Of a stretch of DNA of 47,578 bases, positions 8,757 to 17,558 are shown piece by piece. The translations under genes were made by a program, and so were the position numbers. The notes under the pieces were generated by a model. That model did no database searches. It was not told the DNA's origin and saw only the letters and a program-made list of their open reading frames with translations. The stretch is from NCBI GenBank assembly GCA_964654815.1, contig CAZZLH010000001.1, forward strand, positions 1 to 47,578, in the 5' to 3' direction. Every line of letters starts with the position of its first letter. Position 1 is the first letter of the stretch. The stretch is from an uncultured Actinomycetes bacterium (GTDB taxonomy: Bacteria; Actinomycetota; Actinomycetes; Nanopelagicales; Nanopelagicaceae).

Positions 8757-9695
8757 ATGGGCGAAGAAGAGAATGACGAGATCATCACTGAGGAAATGCT
8801 CTGGGAGCGAATTCCTGAAACAAATGGATTAGAGCGCGCAAATACTTATTACGAACTCAGCGCTCGCATTTATGCGCGTGGTCAATATGACGAAGCGCTG
8901 GCGCTAGCCGAAACTGCACGCGATATTTACACAGAAATTGGCACGGCACATGCCACAGAAGAGCTGGCTCAGGCTTACTCTGCAATTGGGTATAACTTAA
9001 ATCAGCTAAAGCGAATCGATGAAGCGGCAAGTGCAATGTCTAAGGCGGTCGACCTGCTTCGTAAGAGTAAATCACCAATTGCGCTTGAACTTGCTTGCAC
9101 CTTGGGTGAGTGGTGGTACTCCTCTAAGAAATACCAAGAAGTTGTGGACACCATGAATGAATGTGCCCAAGAGCATTTAGTTGATGGCAACGATCTAGGT
9201 GCCGCCTCTGATCTTCACCTCATTGGATGTGCGTATCGGGAATTAGGCAAATTCGAAGCAGCAATCGAAGCATTCGAAGAGGCGCGCGAGCTTTATAAAA
9301 AACATAAAGAGGTCATTCATGTCGCTCGTTGTGATCAAAAAATTGCCTCTTGCTACAACAAATTAGGCGAAGGAGAGAAAGCGCTCAATAAGGCGCGAAT
9401 CGCGCTAGATGTATTTGAGACTGCACATGATCATCGCCGCCAGATTTATACCCTGTTTGAATTTGCCAAGGCGTTGGAATTGTTGGGCGAGTTAGAAGAA
9501 TCGCTCTCAGTACTTGATCAAGTTCTCACGACCGCATCAGAAGAGGATCCGCGTGATTTCGAGTTTATCTTGGAGATCGAGACCTTGATTGCTGCGATAT
9601 TACGAAAGAGTGATCGAAGCGAAGAGGCGGATGAGATTGATCGTAGGTTAGGCAGCGTCCGCTCGATATTGGCTGATGAAGAGAGCGCCAAGTAA
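8757..9695 (+). CDS. Tetratricopeptide-repeat (TPR) protein, cytoplasmic, acidic, function unknown
   Basis: Repeated A-x3-Y/A-x8-G-x-Y-x-E-A-like helical pairs run throughout (e.g. YARGQYDEALALAETARDIY, YRELGKFEAAIEAFEEARELY). GGAGG lies 5 nt before ATG 8757. The tandem ATG at 8754 is also possible. Confidence 0.65.
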   Translation: MGEEENDEIITEEMLWERIPETNGLERANTYYELSARIYARGQYDEALALAETARDIYTEIGTAHATEELAQAYSAIGYNLNQLKRIDEAASAMSKAVDLLRKSKSPIALELACTLGEWWYSSKKYQEVVDTMNECAQEHLVDGNDLGAASDLHLIGCAYRELGKFEAAIEAFEEARELYKKHKEVIHVARCDQKIASCYNKLGEGEKALNKARIALDVFETAHDHRRQIYTLFEFAKALELLGELEESLSVLDQVLTTASEEDPRDFEFILEIETLIAAILRKSDRSEEADEIDRRLGSVRSILADEESAK

Positions 9696-10799
9696 GGCGC
9701 CAATTCCGGCAATAACGAGCGCGATTTCGACGCTACCACCGCTCCACATCGCTCCGCCCCAGATACCTGCGGCCAATACCGCGAAGTTCATGCTGGCTTG
9801 AAAGACACCTTGCGAATAACCGCGCGAGCTTGAATCGCTCAATCGGCCAATCCAAGTCTTACCCACACCATCAGTTAGCGCTGGAAAGAATCCATACAAA
9901 GCGATTGCGATGATTGCAATCGCATGATTATTCGTTAAGCCAAGCGTTATGTAAGCGGCGGCGAAGAAAGTAAGCCCAATCAAGTAGACATTTTTCGGAT
10001 GTAATTTATCGGCAATTTTGCCGGCAGGATACGCCGCAAAAGTGGCAACCAACATATAAATCATGTAGCCCACTACCACTCCTGGTGTACTAAAACCAAT
10101 ATCGTGCAATCGAAGTAGCAACAGAGCATCAGGGATATTGGTAACTTGTATTGCCACCAGAATTGCGATGGTTCGCTTTAATTTTGGAGAGAGCGGTGCC
10201 TTTTGAAAGGTGACCGGCTTAACCACATTTTTATGTTTGAAATCTTTAATGAGAAAGGTGAAAAATATACTTATCGCGGCAGGAATTAATGCCCATTTTG
10301 CAACTGCACGAACATCGTTGTTCAAGGCAAAGAGCAAGATAAGTGCCAAGAGCGGACCGATGACTGCGCCAAGATTATCTCCCGCTCGGTGAAAACCGAA
10401 TGCTTTCCCTAGATCTTTATCTTCAACCCCATCATGGATCAACGCATCCCTTGGTGCGCCACGCATCCCTTTGCCAATCCGATCAATAACTCTTCCTGCA
10501 AAGATACCGGGCCAAGAGAGCGATAACACAGTGAAAGCTTTACCAACGCCGGTCAATGAGTAACCACCAACCACGAAAGGCTTGCGACCAAATCGATCGC
10601 TAAATTTTCCAGAATATAACTTGGTAACTCCGGCAGCGAACTCCGCTGCGCCTTCAATTATTCCTAGCGCCAAAGGGGCAGAACCAACTACGCCTGCTAT
10701 CAGAAGTGGCATTAAGGGATAGATCAGTTCGCTAGCCGCGTCCTGTGCGAGCGAGACAATAGTTATTACGACGAGATTGCGTGATAACCAGCTGCGCAT
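9648..10799 (-). CDS. MFS transporter
   Basis: A ~12-helix hydrophobic protein with the MFS loop motif GKFSDRFGRKP. Its 3' end overlaps the TPR gene by 48 nt. Confidence 0.8.
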   Translation of the reverse strand: MRSWLSRNLVVITIVSLAQDAASELIYPLMPLLIAGVVGSAPLALGIIEGAAEFAAGVTKLYSGKFSDRFGRKPFVVGGYSLTGVGKAFTVLSLSWPGIFAGRVIDRIGKGMRGAPRDALIHDGVEDKDLGKAFGFHRAGDNLGAVIGPLLALILLFALNNDVRAVAKWALIPAAISIFFTFLIKDFKHKNVVKPVTFQKAPLSPKLKRTIAILVAIQVTNIPDALLLLRLHDIGFSTPGVVVGYMIYMLVATFAAYPAGKIADKLHPKNVYLIGLTFFAAAYITLGLTNNHAIAIIAIALYGFFPALTDGVGKTWIGRLSDSSSRGYSQGVFQASMNFAVLAAGIWGGAMWSGGSVEIALVIAGIGALLGALFISQYRADAA

Positions 10800-10806
10800 G
10801 GGGTTA

Positions 10807-10816
10807 ACATTACAAT
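10807..10816. promoter_or_regulatory. Overlapping candidate -10 hexamers in a 20-bp divergent spacer (TAATGT for the MFS gene on the minus strand, TACAAT for the phosphatase gene on the plus strand)
   Basis: TAATGT (plus coordinates 10807-10812, minus strand) ends 7 nt before ATG 10799. TACAAT (10811-10816) lies 3 nt before ATG 10820 and 9 nt before ATG 10826. Confidence 0.35.
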
Positions 10817-10819
10817 TCC

Positions 10820-11353
10820 ATGATTATGTTGCAGCATCTAATTGGCAAGGCTGAAGTGACCATATCTATGGTCTGTCTTGGCAATATCTGTCGCTCACCA
10901 ATGGCAGCAGCGATTCTCTTCAATCGACGCCATGAGATTTCTGCCCCAAAGATCTTGGTGGATAGCTCAGGTACTGGCTCCTGGCATGTGGGAGAGGGCC
11001 CCAACCCACATTCGAAGCAGACTTGGGAGCGACATGGTTTGAGTTATGAGCATATCGCCAAGAGATTCTCTAAGAATGATTTCTATAGTTCTGATCTCAT
11101 TTTGGTGATGGATTCATCCAATTATGCCAATGTAATGGCGCTAGCTACCGAAGATGTGGCAAATAAAGTTTATTACTTACGTCAATTTGATTCTGCACTT
11201 AGAAATATCCATCCTGATTCAACAGAATTCCACAAACTTGAAGTGCCAGACCCTTACTCTTTGCCCATAGGACATTTTGAAGCTGTCTATGAAATGATTG
11301 ATAGTGCAATTTCTGGTCTATTGGCAGAACTTCAAAAAATTTCAGCGCGGTAG
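10820..11353 (+). CDS. Low-molecular-weight protein-tyrosine phosphatase
   Basis: P-loop VCLGNICRSP (CX5R-S) and general-acid motif VPDPY. The start could be ATG 10820 or 10826. Confidence 0.88.
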   Translation: MIMLQHLIGKAEVTISMVCLGNICRSPMAAAILFNRRHEISAPKILVDSSGTGSWHVGEGPNPHSKQTWERHGLSYEHIAKRFSKNDFYSSDLILVMDSSNYANVMALATEDVANKVYYLRQFDSALRNIHPDSTEFHKLEVPDPYSLPIGHFEAVYEMIDSAISGLLAELQKISAR

Positions 11354-11983
11354 ATGTTGCAGGGCCCAGTGATACATAGCAATTGCGCCAGCTGCAGAAG
11401 CATTCATTGATCTAGTCGAACCATATTGTTTTATCTCATATAAAACCTGACAAGACGCTATCGCCTCATCTGACATGCCAGCGCCTTCTTGGCCAAAAAG
11501 TAAGACACATTTTGCTGGCAACTCTGCTGACTCCAAAGGTTTGGAACTCTCAACATTATCGATTCCGATAATAGGCACGTTATTTTCATGGCACCACGTG
11601 GAGAAATCGGCGATTGTGGGGTGGTGAAGCACATTTAAATATCTATCTGTAACCATAGCCCCGCGCCGATTCCAGTCGCGTTTGCCGACTATATGTACTG
11701 CACTTACATTGAATGCATTTGCGGTGCGCACAATGGATCCGATGTTTAAATCATGTTGCCAATTTTCGATCGCAATTTGTAGGTCATGACGCTTTGTATC
11801 TAAATCCTGAACAATCGCTGAGACCTTCCAGTAGCGATATTTATCCAGCACATTACGTCTATCACCGTTTTCTAGTAGTTCTGGATCGAAATGTTCTTCG
11901 GTGGGCCAAGGCAGAGGATGCGGCCCTACGCCCACCACGGGGTAAAACTCACCGGGGCCGATATCAGCAGGTGTATTGGGCAT
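11342..11983 (-). CDS. TrmH/SpoU-family RNA 2'-O-methyltransferase
   Basis: SpoU motifs NIGSIVRTANAF, LLFGQEGAGMS and SMNASAAGAIAMY. The track start is GTG 11992. ATG 11983 is preceded by TAGAGT at the leaderless spacing. Confidence 0.8.
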   Translation of the reverse strand: MPNTPADIGPGEFYPVVGVGPHPLPWPTEEHFDPELLENGDRRNVLDKYRYWKVSAIVQDLDTKRHDLQIAIENWQHDLNIGSIVRTANAFNVSAVHIVGKRDWNRRGAMVTDRYLNVLHHPTIADFSTWCHENNVPIIGIDNVESSKPLESAELPAKCVLLFGQEGAGMSDEAIASCQVLYEIKQYGSTRSMNASAAGAIAMYHWALQHLPR

Positions 11984-11990
11984 AATGAGC

Positions 11991-11996
11991 ACTCTA
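11991..11996 (-). promoter_or_regulatory. Candidate -10 hexamer TAGAGT, 7 nt upstream of ATG 11983 (leaderless trmH-like transcript)
   Basis: Read from the minus strand; no Shine-Dalgarno sequence lies in between. Confidence 0.3.
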
Positions 11997-12020
11997 ACTT
12001 CATGGCAGGAGGCTTAACAA

Positions 12021-12362
12021 ATGGAGCTAGCCAAAACCATCTTCCTCTTACTACATGTGGCCAGCGTGTTAGGCATGCTGGTGCTCTTACTTAATCAAAC
12101 TGCAAAAGTAGAGAAGAAGTTATCCAAGGGTTTCATGCATGCCTCAATGACTGCATTGATTGCGGGCTTTGCCCTGGTTGGTCTTGATTCAGCTTTGGGC
12201 GATGAGATTAGCCACGCTAAAGTCGGAATTAAATTCTTGGTTTTAGTTGTAATAATGATTCTGGGATACCAAAACCAAAATAAGGCGAAACTTTCAAATC
12301 CAATCTGGGGCACGATGTTGGCCTTAACAGTTTTTAACGTTTTTCTCGCCGTAACAATTTAA
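12021..12362 (+). CDS. Small integral membrane protein, unknown function
   Basis: Has 3-4 predicted hydrophobic helices and a strong AGGAGG 8 nt upstream. Its stop overlaps the dacB start (TAATG). Confidence 0.55.
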   Translation: MELAKTIFLLLHVASVLGMLVLLLNQTAKVEKKLSKGFMHASMTALIAGFALVGLDSALGDEISHAKVGIKFLVLVVIMILGYQNQNKAKLSNPIWGTMLALTVFNVFLAVTI

Positions 12363-13606
12363 TGCGTCTTAAATTCATAGCTGCAGCAACTGCCACGCTT
12401 TTGCTGATATCCCCTTCAGCGCATCCAGTAGGGGCGCTTAAGATGGAACAGATTCCTGATGTATTTAGGGAATTAACCAAAGATAAGAGCTTAGCCAATC
12501 CCGCTATGGTGCTCATTGATGTTAAGAGTGGCAAAGTTATCTTTAGCCGCGATGGGAATGGTCCTAGAAAGCCAGCTTCGACTTTGAAGGTAATCAGCGC
12601 TATGTCAATTCTGGAGTTTATGCCAGCGGATAGCGTCTTTACTACCTCGATTTATAAGACTGATTTGAAGAATACCTTTCAAATAGTTGGTGATTTTGAT
12701 CCATCTTTGACACCTAGCTATTCGTCTGCCAGACGAGATAAATTCATTTGGAGCAATTATCTGGTTAATAAAATCAGAGCAAATGCTAAAAGCAGAAGTA
12801 TCACAATTAGGTACTATGGAATAACCAGCCGGACTCGAATCAATATGGCTAATTACTTCCGCAAAGTGGGGTATCGCGTTGCGTGGAAGCCGATTTCGGC
12901 ATCGGCTACCAGTGCTCACATTACAGATTTAATCTCCACCTCTACCTCACCGAATTTATCTGCAATATTGCGCCATACTTTATTGTGGAGTGATAACAAT
13001 GTGGCTGACTATTTAGCCCGTCTAGCTGCTATGAAAGCTGGTTATACCTATAGCGAAGATGGAATAACTCCAGTTTTCAACTATGTCTTGGGTAAGTACA
13101 ACATCGAGAATCCAGTAATCACCGCCAAAGATGGTAGTGGCCTATCAAGTGCCAATCGAATAAGCGCGTTAACTTTGGCTCGGGCACTTGCAAAGATTTA
13201 CCAGGATCCAAAATTTGCCAGCATCTTAAGTGGATTGCCCGTAGGTGGCGTATCAGGCACGATGCAGAATAGATTTCTAAAAACGGCACCACAGGGCGTT
13301 GGTTTAGTCCGTGCCAAAACTGGCAGCTTACGTGGGGTGGCGAGCCTTGCTGGATATATCGATTCGGGTGACCACGAGTATGCCTTTGTGATAATCGCAG
13401 ATCGAGTGGGAAAGTATCGCGCCGCCGAATCTGCCGCTCGTGCGACCATGGATCGTATCTTAGGCAAGATAACTGCGCCATTGATTCTGGTGCCTAGTGA
13501 TGCAACTTCAATTTCAAGCTCAGAAGGAAATTCAGATTCACCACTAAGTGATAACGCAGCCACAAATTCGGCATCAAACTCAGAAACTGTTATCAATCAA
13601 ACATAA
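12362..13606 (+). CDS. dacB: D-alanyl-D-alanine carboxypeptidase/endopeptidase, PBP4 (S13) family
   Basis: Signal peptide; SxxK (ASTLKV), SxN (WSDNN) and KTG (AKTGSL) motifs in PBP4 order. Confidence 0.88.
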   Translation: MRLKFIAAATATLLLISPSAHPVGALKMEQIPDVFRELTKDKSLANPAMVLIDVKSGKVIFSRDGNGPRKPASTLKVISAMSILEFMPADSVFTTSIYKTDLKNTFQIVGDFDPSLTPSYSSARRDKFIWSNYLVNKIRANAKSRSITIRYYGITSRTRINMANYFRKVGYRVAWKPISASATSAHITDLISTSTSPNLSAILRHTLLWSDNNVADYLARLAAMKAGYTYSEDGITPVFNYVLGKYNIENPVITAKDGSGLSSANRISALTLARALAKIYQDPKFASILSGLPVGGVSGTMQNRFLKTAPQGVGLVRAKTGSLRGVASLAGYIDSGDHEYAFVIIADRVGKYRAAESAARATMDRILGKITAPLILVPSDATSISSSEGNSDSPLSDNAATNSASNSETVINQT

Positions 13607-13647
13607 TTCTGGTAACTTTAAAGAATTTTGTCATACAGCTTTGGTAG

Positions 13648-13653
13648 TAGCCT
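13648..13653 (+). promoter_or_regulatory. Candidate -10 hexamer TAGCCT, 6 nt upstream of ctaB GTG 13660 (leaderless)
   Basis: A TANNNT match at positions -12..-7 relative to the start codon. An in-frame TAG lies directly upstream of the GTG. Confidence 0.35.
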
Positions 13654-13659
13654 TAGATA

Positions 13660-14517
13660 GTGCGCCCATATTTAGAATTAATGAAGCTGCGAGTGGTTGA
13701 GCTTCTAATTATTACCACGGTGCCGGCGCTCTTTCTTGCGGCCCAAGGTTGGCCACCACTAGTGCCCACGATAGCTTCTTTAGTAGGCGGCACATTGGCC
13801 GCAGGCGCTGCCAATGCCTTCAATATGGTGATCGAATCGGATATTGACAAATTGATGGTGCGAACGAGAAATCGCCCGGTGGCAGCAGGTGTAATTAGCA
13901 AAAAGCAGGCATCTCGATTCGCAACGTTATTGATGATTTTGAGTTTAGTGATTTTTTGGATTTTCACCACCCCACTTGCCACTTTGCTAACATCTTTGGC
14001 AATTGTCTTCTATGTGGCTATTTATACGGTCTTATTAAAGCCAAATACCAATCAGAATATTGTTTGGGGTGGCATTGCAGGTTGCCTACCAGTTTTGATT
14101 GGTTGGGCTGCAGTCACAAACTCACTCGCTGCACCAGCGCTCTGGTTCTTCTTGGTGGTCTTCTTCTGGACACCACCACATTTCTGGGCTATCGCAATCA
14201 AATATCATGATGATTATTCAGCAGCGAATATTCCGATGTTGCCCGTGGTAGCCACTCGAAAGAGAGTTTATGTGGAGATGTGGTTCCACACCGCGATGAT
14301 GATTCTCTCTTCTTTAGCCACGATTTACTCCGCCGGGCTACCGAATTGGTGCTATTTCTTGACCTTGGCTCTCGCCATCGTATTTGCGGAGCAGGTATTT
14401 AAGCTAAAGAGCAATGAATCTGAGTATGAAAAGGTAGCGGGAAAGATATTTAATTTCTCAGTACTTTATCTGACGCTCTTCTCGATCCTTTTGGTGGTCG
14501 GTCAATTACTTGCTTAG
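13660..14517 (+). CDS. ctaB: Protoheme IX farnesyltransferase (heme O synthase)
   Basis: UbiA-family membrane protein with N-terminal YLELMKLRVVELL and the Asp-rich NMVIESDIDKLMVRTRNRP motif. Confidence 0.9.
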   Translation: MRPYLELMKLRVVELLIITTVPALFLAAQGWPPLVPTIASLVGGTLAAGAANAFNMVIESDIDKLMVRTRNRPVAAGVISKKQASRFATLLMILSLVIFWIFTTPLATLLTSLAIVFYVAIYTVLLKPNTNQNIVWGGIAGCLPVLIGWAAVTNSLAAPALWFFLVVFFWTPPHFWAIAIKYHDDYSAANIPMLPVVATRKRVYVEMWFHTAMMILSSLATIYSAGLPNWCYFLTLALAIVFAEQVFKLKSNESEYEKVAGKIFNFSVLYLTLFSILLVVGQLLA

Positions 14518-15732
14518 CGCTTGACCTAAGTCTTTAATCAGATCATCTACATGCTCTAGCCCTACCGAAAGGCGCAACGTACTCTCGGTGATTCCCATCT
14601 CAGCCTGTACTTCGGGCGCTAAACGTCGGTGAGTAGTCGATGCTGGGTGGGTGATTAAGGATTTTGAATCGCCTAAGTTATTAGAGATGTCCACGACTCT
14701 AAGATGATTCATGAATCTAAAGGCTGCGTTCTTATCGCCATTAAATTCAATTCCGATTGTGGTGCCACCAGCGCCATTCATCTGCCGCATCGCTATTTGA
14801 TGCTGTGGATGTGATTTTAGTCCGGGATAACGCACCGCTTTTATTTTCGGGTTGGTCTCTAGGAACTCTGCCACCTTTTGCGCATTCGAATTCATGCGTT
14901 CTACGCGCATGTGTAATGTCTCAAGTGACTTCAACATTACCCAGGCGTTGAATGGCGATATCGATGGTCCGGTATGGCGGATAAATGGTTGGAACTGTTC
15001 GGTTATGTATTTTGCGCTACCTAAAACTGCACCACCCAGAACACGGCCTTGGCCATCGATATGTTTGGTGGTGGAATACATAACAACATCGGCGCCGAGT
15101 TGGAGCGGCTTTTGATAAATTGGTGAAGCCATCACATTGTCTACGATGACTGTGGCGCCTACTTTGTGAGCTAGCTCCGCGACCATCTTGATATCAACGA
15201 TATCCATCAGCGGATTACTTGGCGTTTCGATAAATACAACTTTGGTCGGTTTACTTAAAGCGCGCTCCCAGTCTGCTTTTTCAGTTCCTTTTACCAACTC
15301 AGTATTTACGCCCCATTTTGGCAAGAACTCAGTGAGAACCACATGGCATGATGAGAACATCGAGGCGCTTGCCACCACGCGATCTCCTTGGGAAACCAAG
15401 CAAGCCACTGATGCGAACATGGCAGACATGCCACTTCCGGTAGCAATACAACTCTCGGCACCTTCTAAAGTTGCAAGACGAGCTTCAAACATGCCGATGG
15501 TTGGATTGGCGAATCTGCCATATAGATAATGATCAAGTTCATCTTTGAAAGCAGTTTCGGCCTCTTCGGCGCTCGAATAGGTAAAGCCACTTGTTAGATA
15601 GAGCGCTTCTGAAGTCTCGCCAAAACCAGAGCGCGCTAATCCCGCACGAACTGCTTGCGTCTGTGGATTTAATTGCCAATCAGGGTCGGGCCGGTCATTA
15701 ACGGGTTGATATCCCCATGGCCGCTTACTCAT
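14506..15732 (-). CDS. metZ: O-succinylhomoserine sulfhydrylase (Cys/Met-metabolism PLP enzyme)
   Basis: PLP-lysine region VVMYSTTKHIDGQGRVLGG, with N-terminal QAVRAGLARSGFGETSEALYLTSGF typical of MetZ. Confidence 0.85.
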   Translation of the reverse strand: MSKRPWGYQPVNDRPDPDWQLNPQTQAVRAGLARSGFGETSEALYLTSGFTYSSAEEAETAFKDELDHYLYGRFANPTIGMFEARLATLEGAESCIATGSGMSAMFASVACLVSQGDRVVASASMFSSCHVVLTEFLPKWGVNTELVKGTEKADWERALSKPTKVVFIETPSNPLMDIVDIKMVAELAHKVGATVIVDNVMASPIYQKPLQLGADVVMYSTTKHIDGQGRVLGGAVLGSAKYITEQFQPFIRHTGPSISPFNAWVMLKSLETLHMRVERMNSNAQKVAEFLETNPKIKAVRYPGLKSHPQHQIAMRQMNGAGGTTIGIEFNGDKNAAFRFMNHLRVVDISNNLGDSKSLITHPASTTHRRLAPEVQAEMGITESTLRLSVGLEHVDDLIKDLGQALSK

Positions 15733-15738
15733 TGGCCA

Positions 15739-15744
15739 ATAGTA
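15739..15744 (-). promoter_or_regulatory. Candidate -10 hexamer TACTAT, 6 nt upstream of metZ ATG 15732 (leaderless)
   Basis: The minus strand reads TACTAT-TGGCCA-ATG. Confidence 0.4.
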
Positions 15745-15779
15745 AAGGAGTAATTAGAGCGATAAGGCAGGATATCTCC

Positions 15780-16688
15780 GTGGAAGCTCCAGCTATTGCG
15801 GTTAGCAATCTAAGCAAGCGATATGGCGATGTGATCGCAGTCGATGATGCAACTTTTGAGGTCCCGCTTGGCACCATTTGTGGTTTTGTTGGACCAAATG
15901 GTTCTGGCAAAACTACGACAATCCGAATCTTGTTGGGATTGATCAATCCTTCAACGGGCACCGGTTCAATAATCGGAAATTCAATCGAGCACCCCGAGAA
16001 ATATTTGAAGGAAGTAGGCGCACTAATTGAAGGGCCAGCTTTCTATCCTGCGCTATCTGGAATTGAGAATCTTAAAGTTCTGGCGAAATTAGGTGGCATC
16101 TCATTTAGTAGATGCCAAGAGTTACTTGAATTGGTCGGACTTGGCGATCGTGGCAAGGATAAATACAAGAATTATTCATTAGGCATGAAACAGCGCCTAG
16201 GAATCGCAGCAGCTTTACTACCTAATCCCAAGCTGTTGATCCTGGACGAACCTACCAATGGCCTAGATCCTGCCGGGATTCAAGAGGTGCGGGATTTACT
16301 CGAGAAATTGGCGGCTGATGGCGTTACGGTTTTTGTATCTTCGCATCTGCTCTCAGAGATTGAGATGATTTCTAAATATCTAGTCATGTTAAGGAAAGGC
16401 CGAGTGGTCTTTGCTGGTCCGATCCAAGAATTATTACATCGCAACAAACCAAGTATTCTCGCCAAACCTTCGACTACTAATTCATTGAATTATCTAGCAG
16501 AGCTAATCAACAAAACTGGACATGCTGCGGTAGTTGAGGCGGATCATGTTCGAATAGATGCGGATGAATCTTTCGCAACTCAAATCAATAAAATTGCCTT
16601 CGAGAATGGCGTAGTGCTGGCGCAACTAACTCCGATTCGCCCTTCGCTCGAAGAGACCTTCTTCCAGTTAACGGATGGTGGCGAATGA
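15780..16688 (+). CDS. ABC transporter ATP-binding protein (ABC-2 type exporter)
   Basis: Walker A GPNGSGKTT, signature YSLGMKQRL, Walker B LLILDEPT. The track start at 15717 would overlap the metZ start. GTG 15780 has AGGA 7 nt upstream. Confidence 0.85.
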   Translation: MEAPAIAVSNLSKRYGDVIAVDDATFEVPLGTICGFVGPNGSGKTTTIRILLGLINPSTGTGSIIGNSIEHPEKYLKEVGALIEGPAFYPALSGIENLKVLAKLGGISFSRCQELLELVGLGDRGKDKYKNYSLGMKQRLGIAAALLPNPKLLILDEPTNGLDPAGIQEVRDLLEKLAADGVTVFVSSHLLSEIEMISKYLVMLRKGRVVFAGPIQELLHRNKPSILAKPSTTNSLNYLAELINKTGHAAVVEADHVRIDADESFATQINKIAFENGVVLAQLTPIRPSLEETFFQLTDGGE

Positions 16689-17488
16689 GAATTTTCCTCG
16701 CTGAGTGGCGCAAGCTCCGCCGTCCAACTTTCTTCTTCGGCACTCTCGGCTCAGTTGCGGCAGTTACCGCTCTTGTCACTTCGCTATTGTTCCTATTGAT
16801 AGATGCCACGACAGGTAATGCCGAGCGCGGCAATCGGATTACTCGTGAAATGCTCCAGATGGCAGATGGTTTCACCATTGGATTTAATAGCGCCAGCGGA
16901 TTATTGGGCTTGGTTGCCTTATCGGTTTTTGCAGCGCAAACTGCTCAGGAATATACCTACGGAACTCTACGAAATTTATTGGTTCGGCAGCCACGTAGAT
17001 TGACCTTGTTATTTGGGAAATATCTTTCAATGGCAACATTTGCCTTACTTAGCGTAATTATTAGCGCAATCACTGCAGTGGGGTTGGCTTTTGCCCTTTC
17101 TGGTCGAGCCAAAGTGGCCACAGACGCATGGCTTACTTCAGATGCTCGTACTGTTTTCATGACCACATTTGTCAATGTTCTTATCTCGACGATTGGATAC
17201 GGAACAATTGGCATGATTCTGGGTCTGCTATTTAGATCTCCAATTAGTTCGATTTCAATTGGTACCGCTTACATATTGGTAGTTGAAAGCATCGTCTCCA
17301 TCGCATGGAAACCGGCAGCAAATTGGATGCCAGGCAATCTGCTCTCGGTAGTTGCAACGGGTGGTTCACCTTTTGGAATGGAGAATGCACCAACATACTC
17401 CGAGGCGCTCTTAAGGGTGGGACTTTATTTATTAGGCGCAAGCATCATTGTTGCGACGCTATTTAAGCGTCGTGATGTAGCAAACTAA
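16685..17488 (+). CDS. ABC-2 family transporter permease
   Basis: A six-helix hydrophobic protein, ATGA-coupled to the ATPase gene. Confidence 0.75.
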   Translation: MRIFLAEWRKLRRPTFFFGTLGSVAAVTALVTSLLFLLIDATTGNAERGNRITREMLQMADGFTIGFNSASGLLGLVALSVFAAQTAQEYTYGTLRNLLVRQPRRLTLLFGKYLSMATFALLSVIISAITAVGLAFALSGRAKVATDAWLTSDARTVFMTTFVNVLISTIGYGTIGMILGLLFRSPISSISIGTAYILVVESIVSIAWKPAANWMPGNLLSVVATGGSPFGMENAPTYSEALLRVGLYLLGASIIVATLFKRRDVAN

Positions 17489-17520
17489 GGAAAATCCCAT
17501 GCTTTGTGCGCTCCGCCATT

Positions 17521-17526
17521 TATAGT
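17521..17526 (+). promoter_or_regulatory. Candidate -10 hexamer TATAGT upstream of the NlpC/P60 gene (leadered transcript, GGAGG at 17542-17546)
   Basis: A TANNNT match in the 70-bp spacer, about 33 nt before ATG 17559. Confidence 0.3.
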
Positions 17527-17558
17527 TGGGTTTCCACCCCCGGAGGTCGCACTTGAAC

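Noticed and set aside
8690-8776. 28-aa upstream ORF (MPKQGLLFSAIPQAFLSVRGGNDGRRRE) overlapping the TPR gene start
   Set aside because: It has a GGGAG 3 nt upstream, but there is no conservation evidence, the composition is unremarkable, and it is easily explained by chance in a 90-nt spacer.
15733-15779. SAM/SAH riboswitch upstream of metZ, and T-box or L-box elements upstream of lysS (26103-26122)
   Set aside because: The spacers are 47 nt or less and 20 nt, too short for any of these leaders. metZ instead shows a leaderless-type -10 hexamer.
17489-17558. Possible c-di-AMP (ydaO-type) riboswitch upstream of the NlpC/P60 hydrolase gene, as seen in other Actinobacteria
   Set aside because: The spacer is only 70 nt, far shorter than that riboswitch class. 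I could not see the paired pseudo-symmetric ACGR/CCGA-type elements in it.
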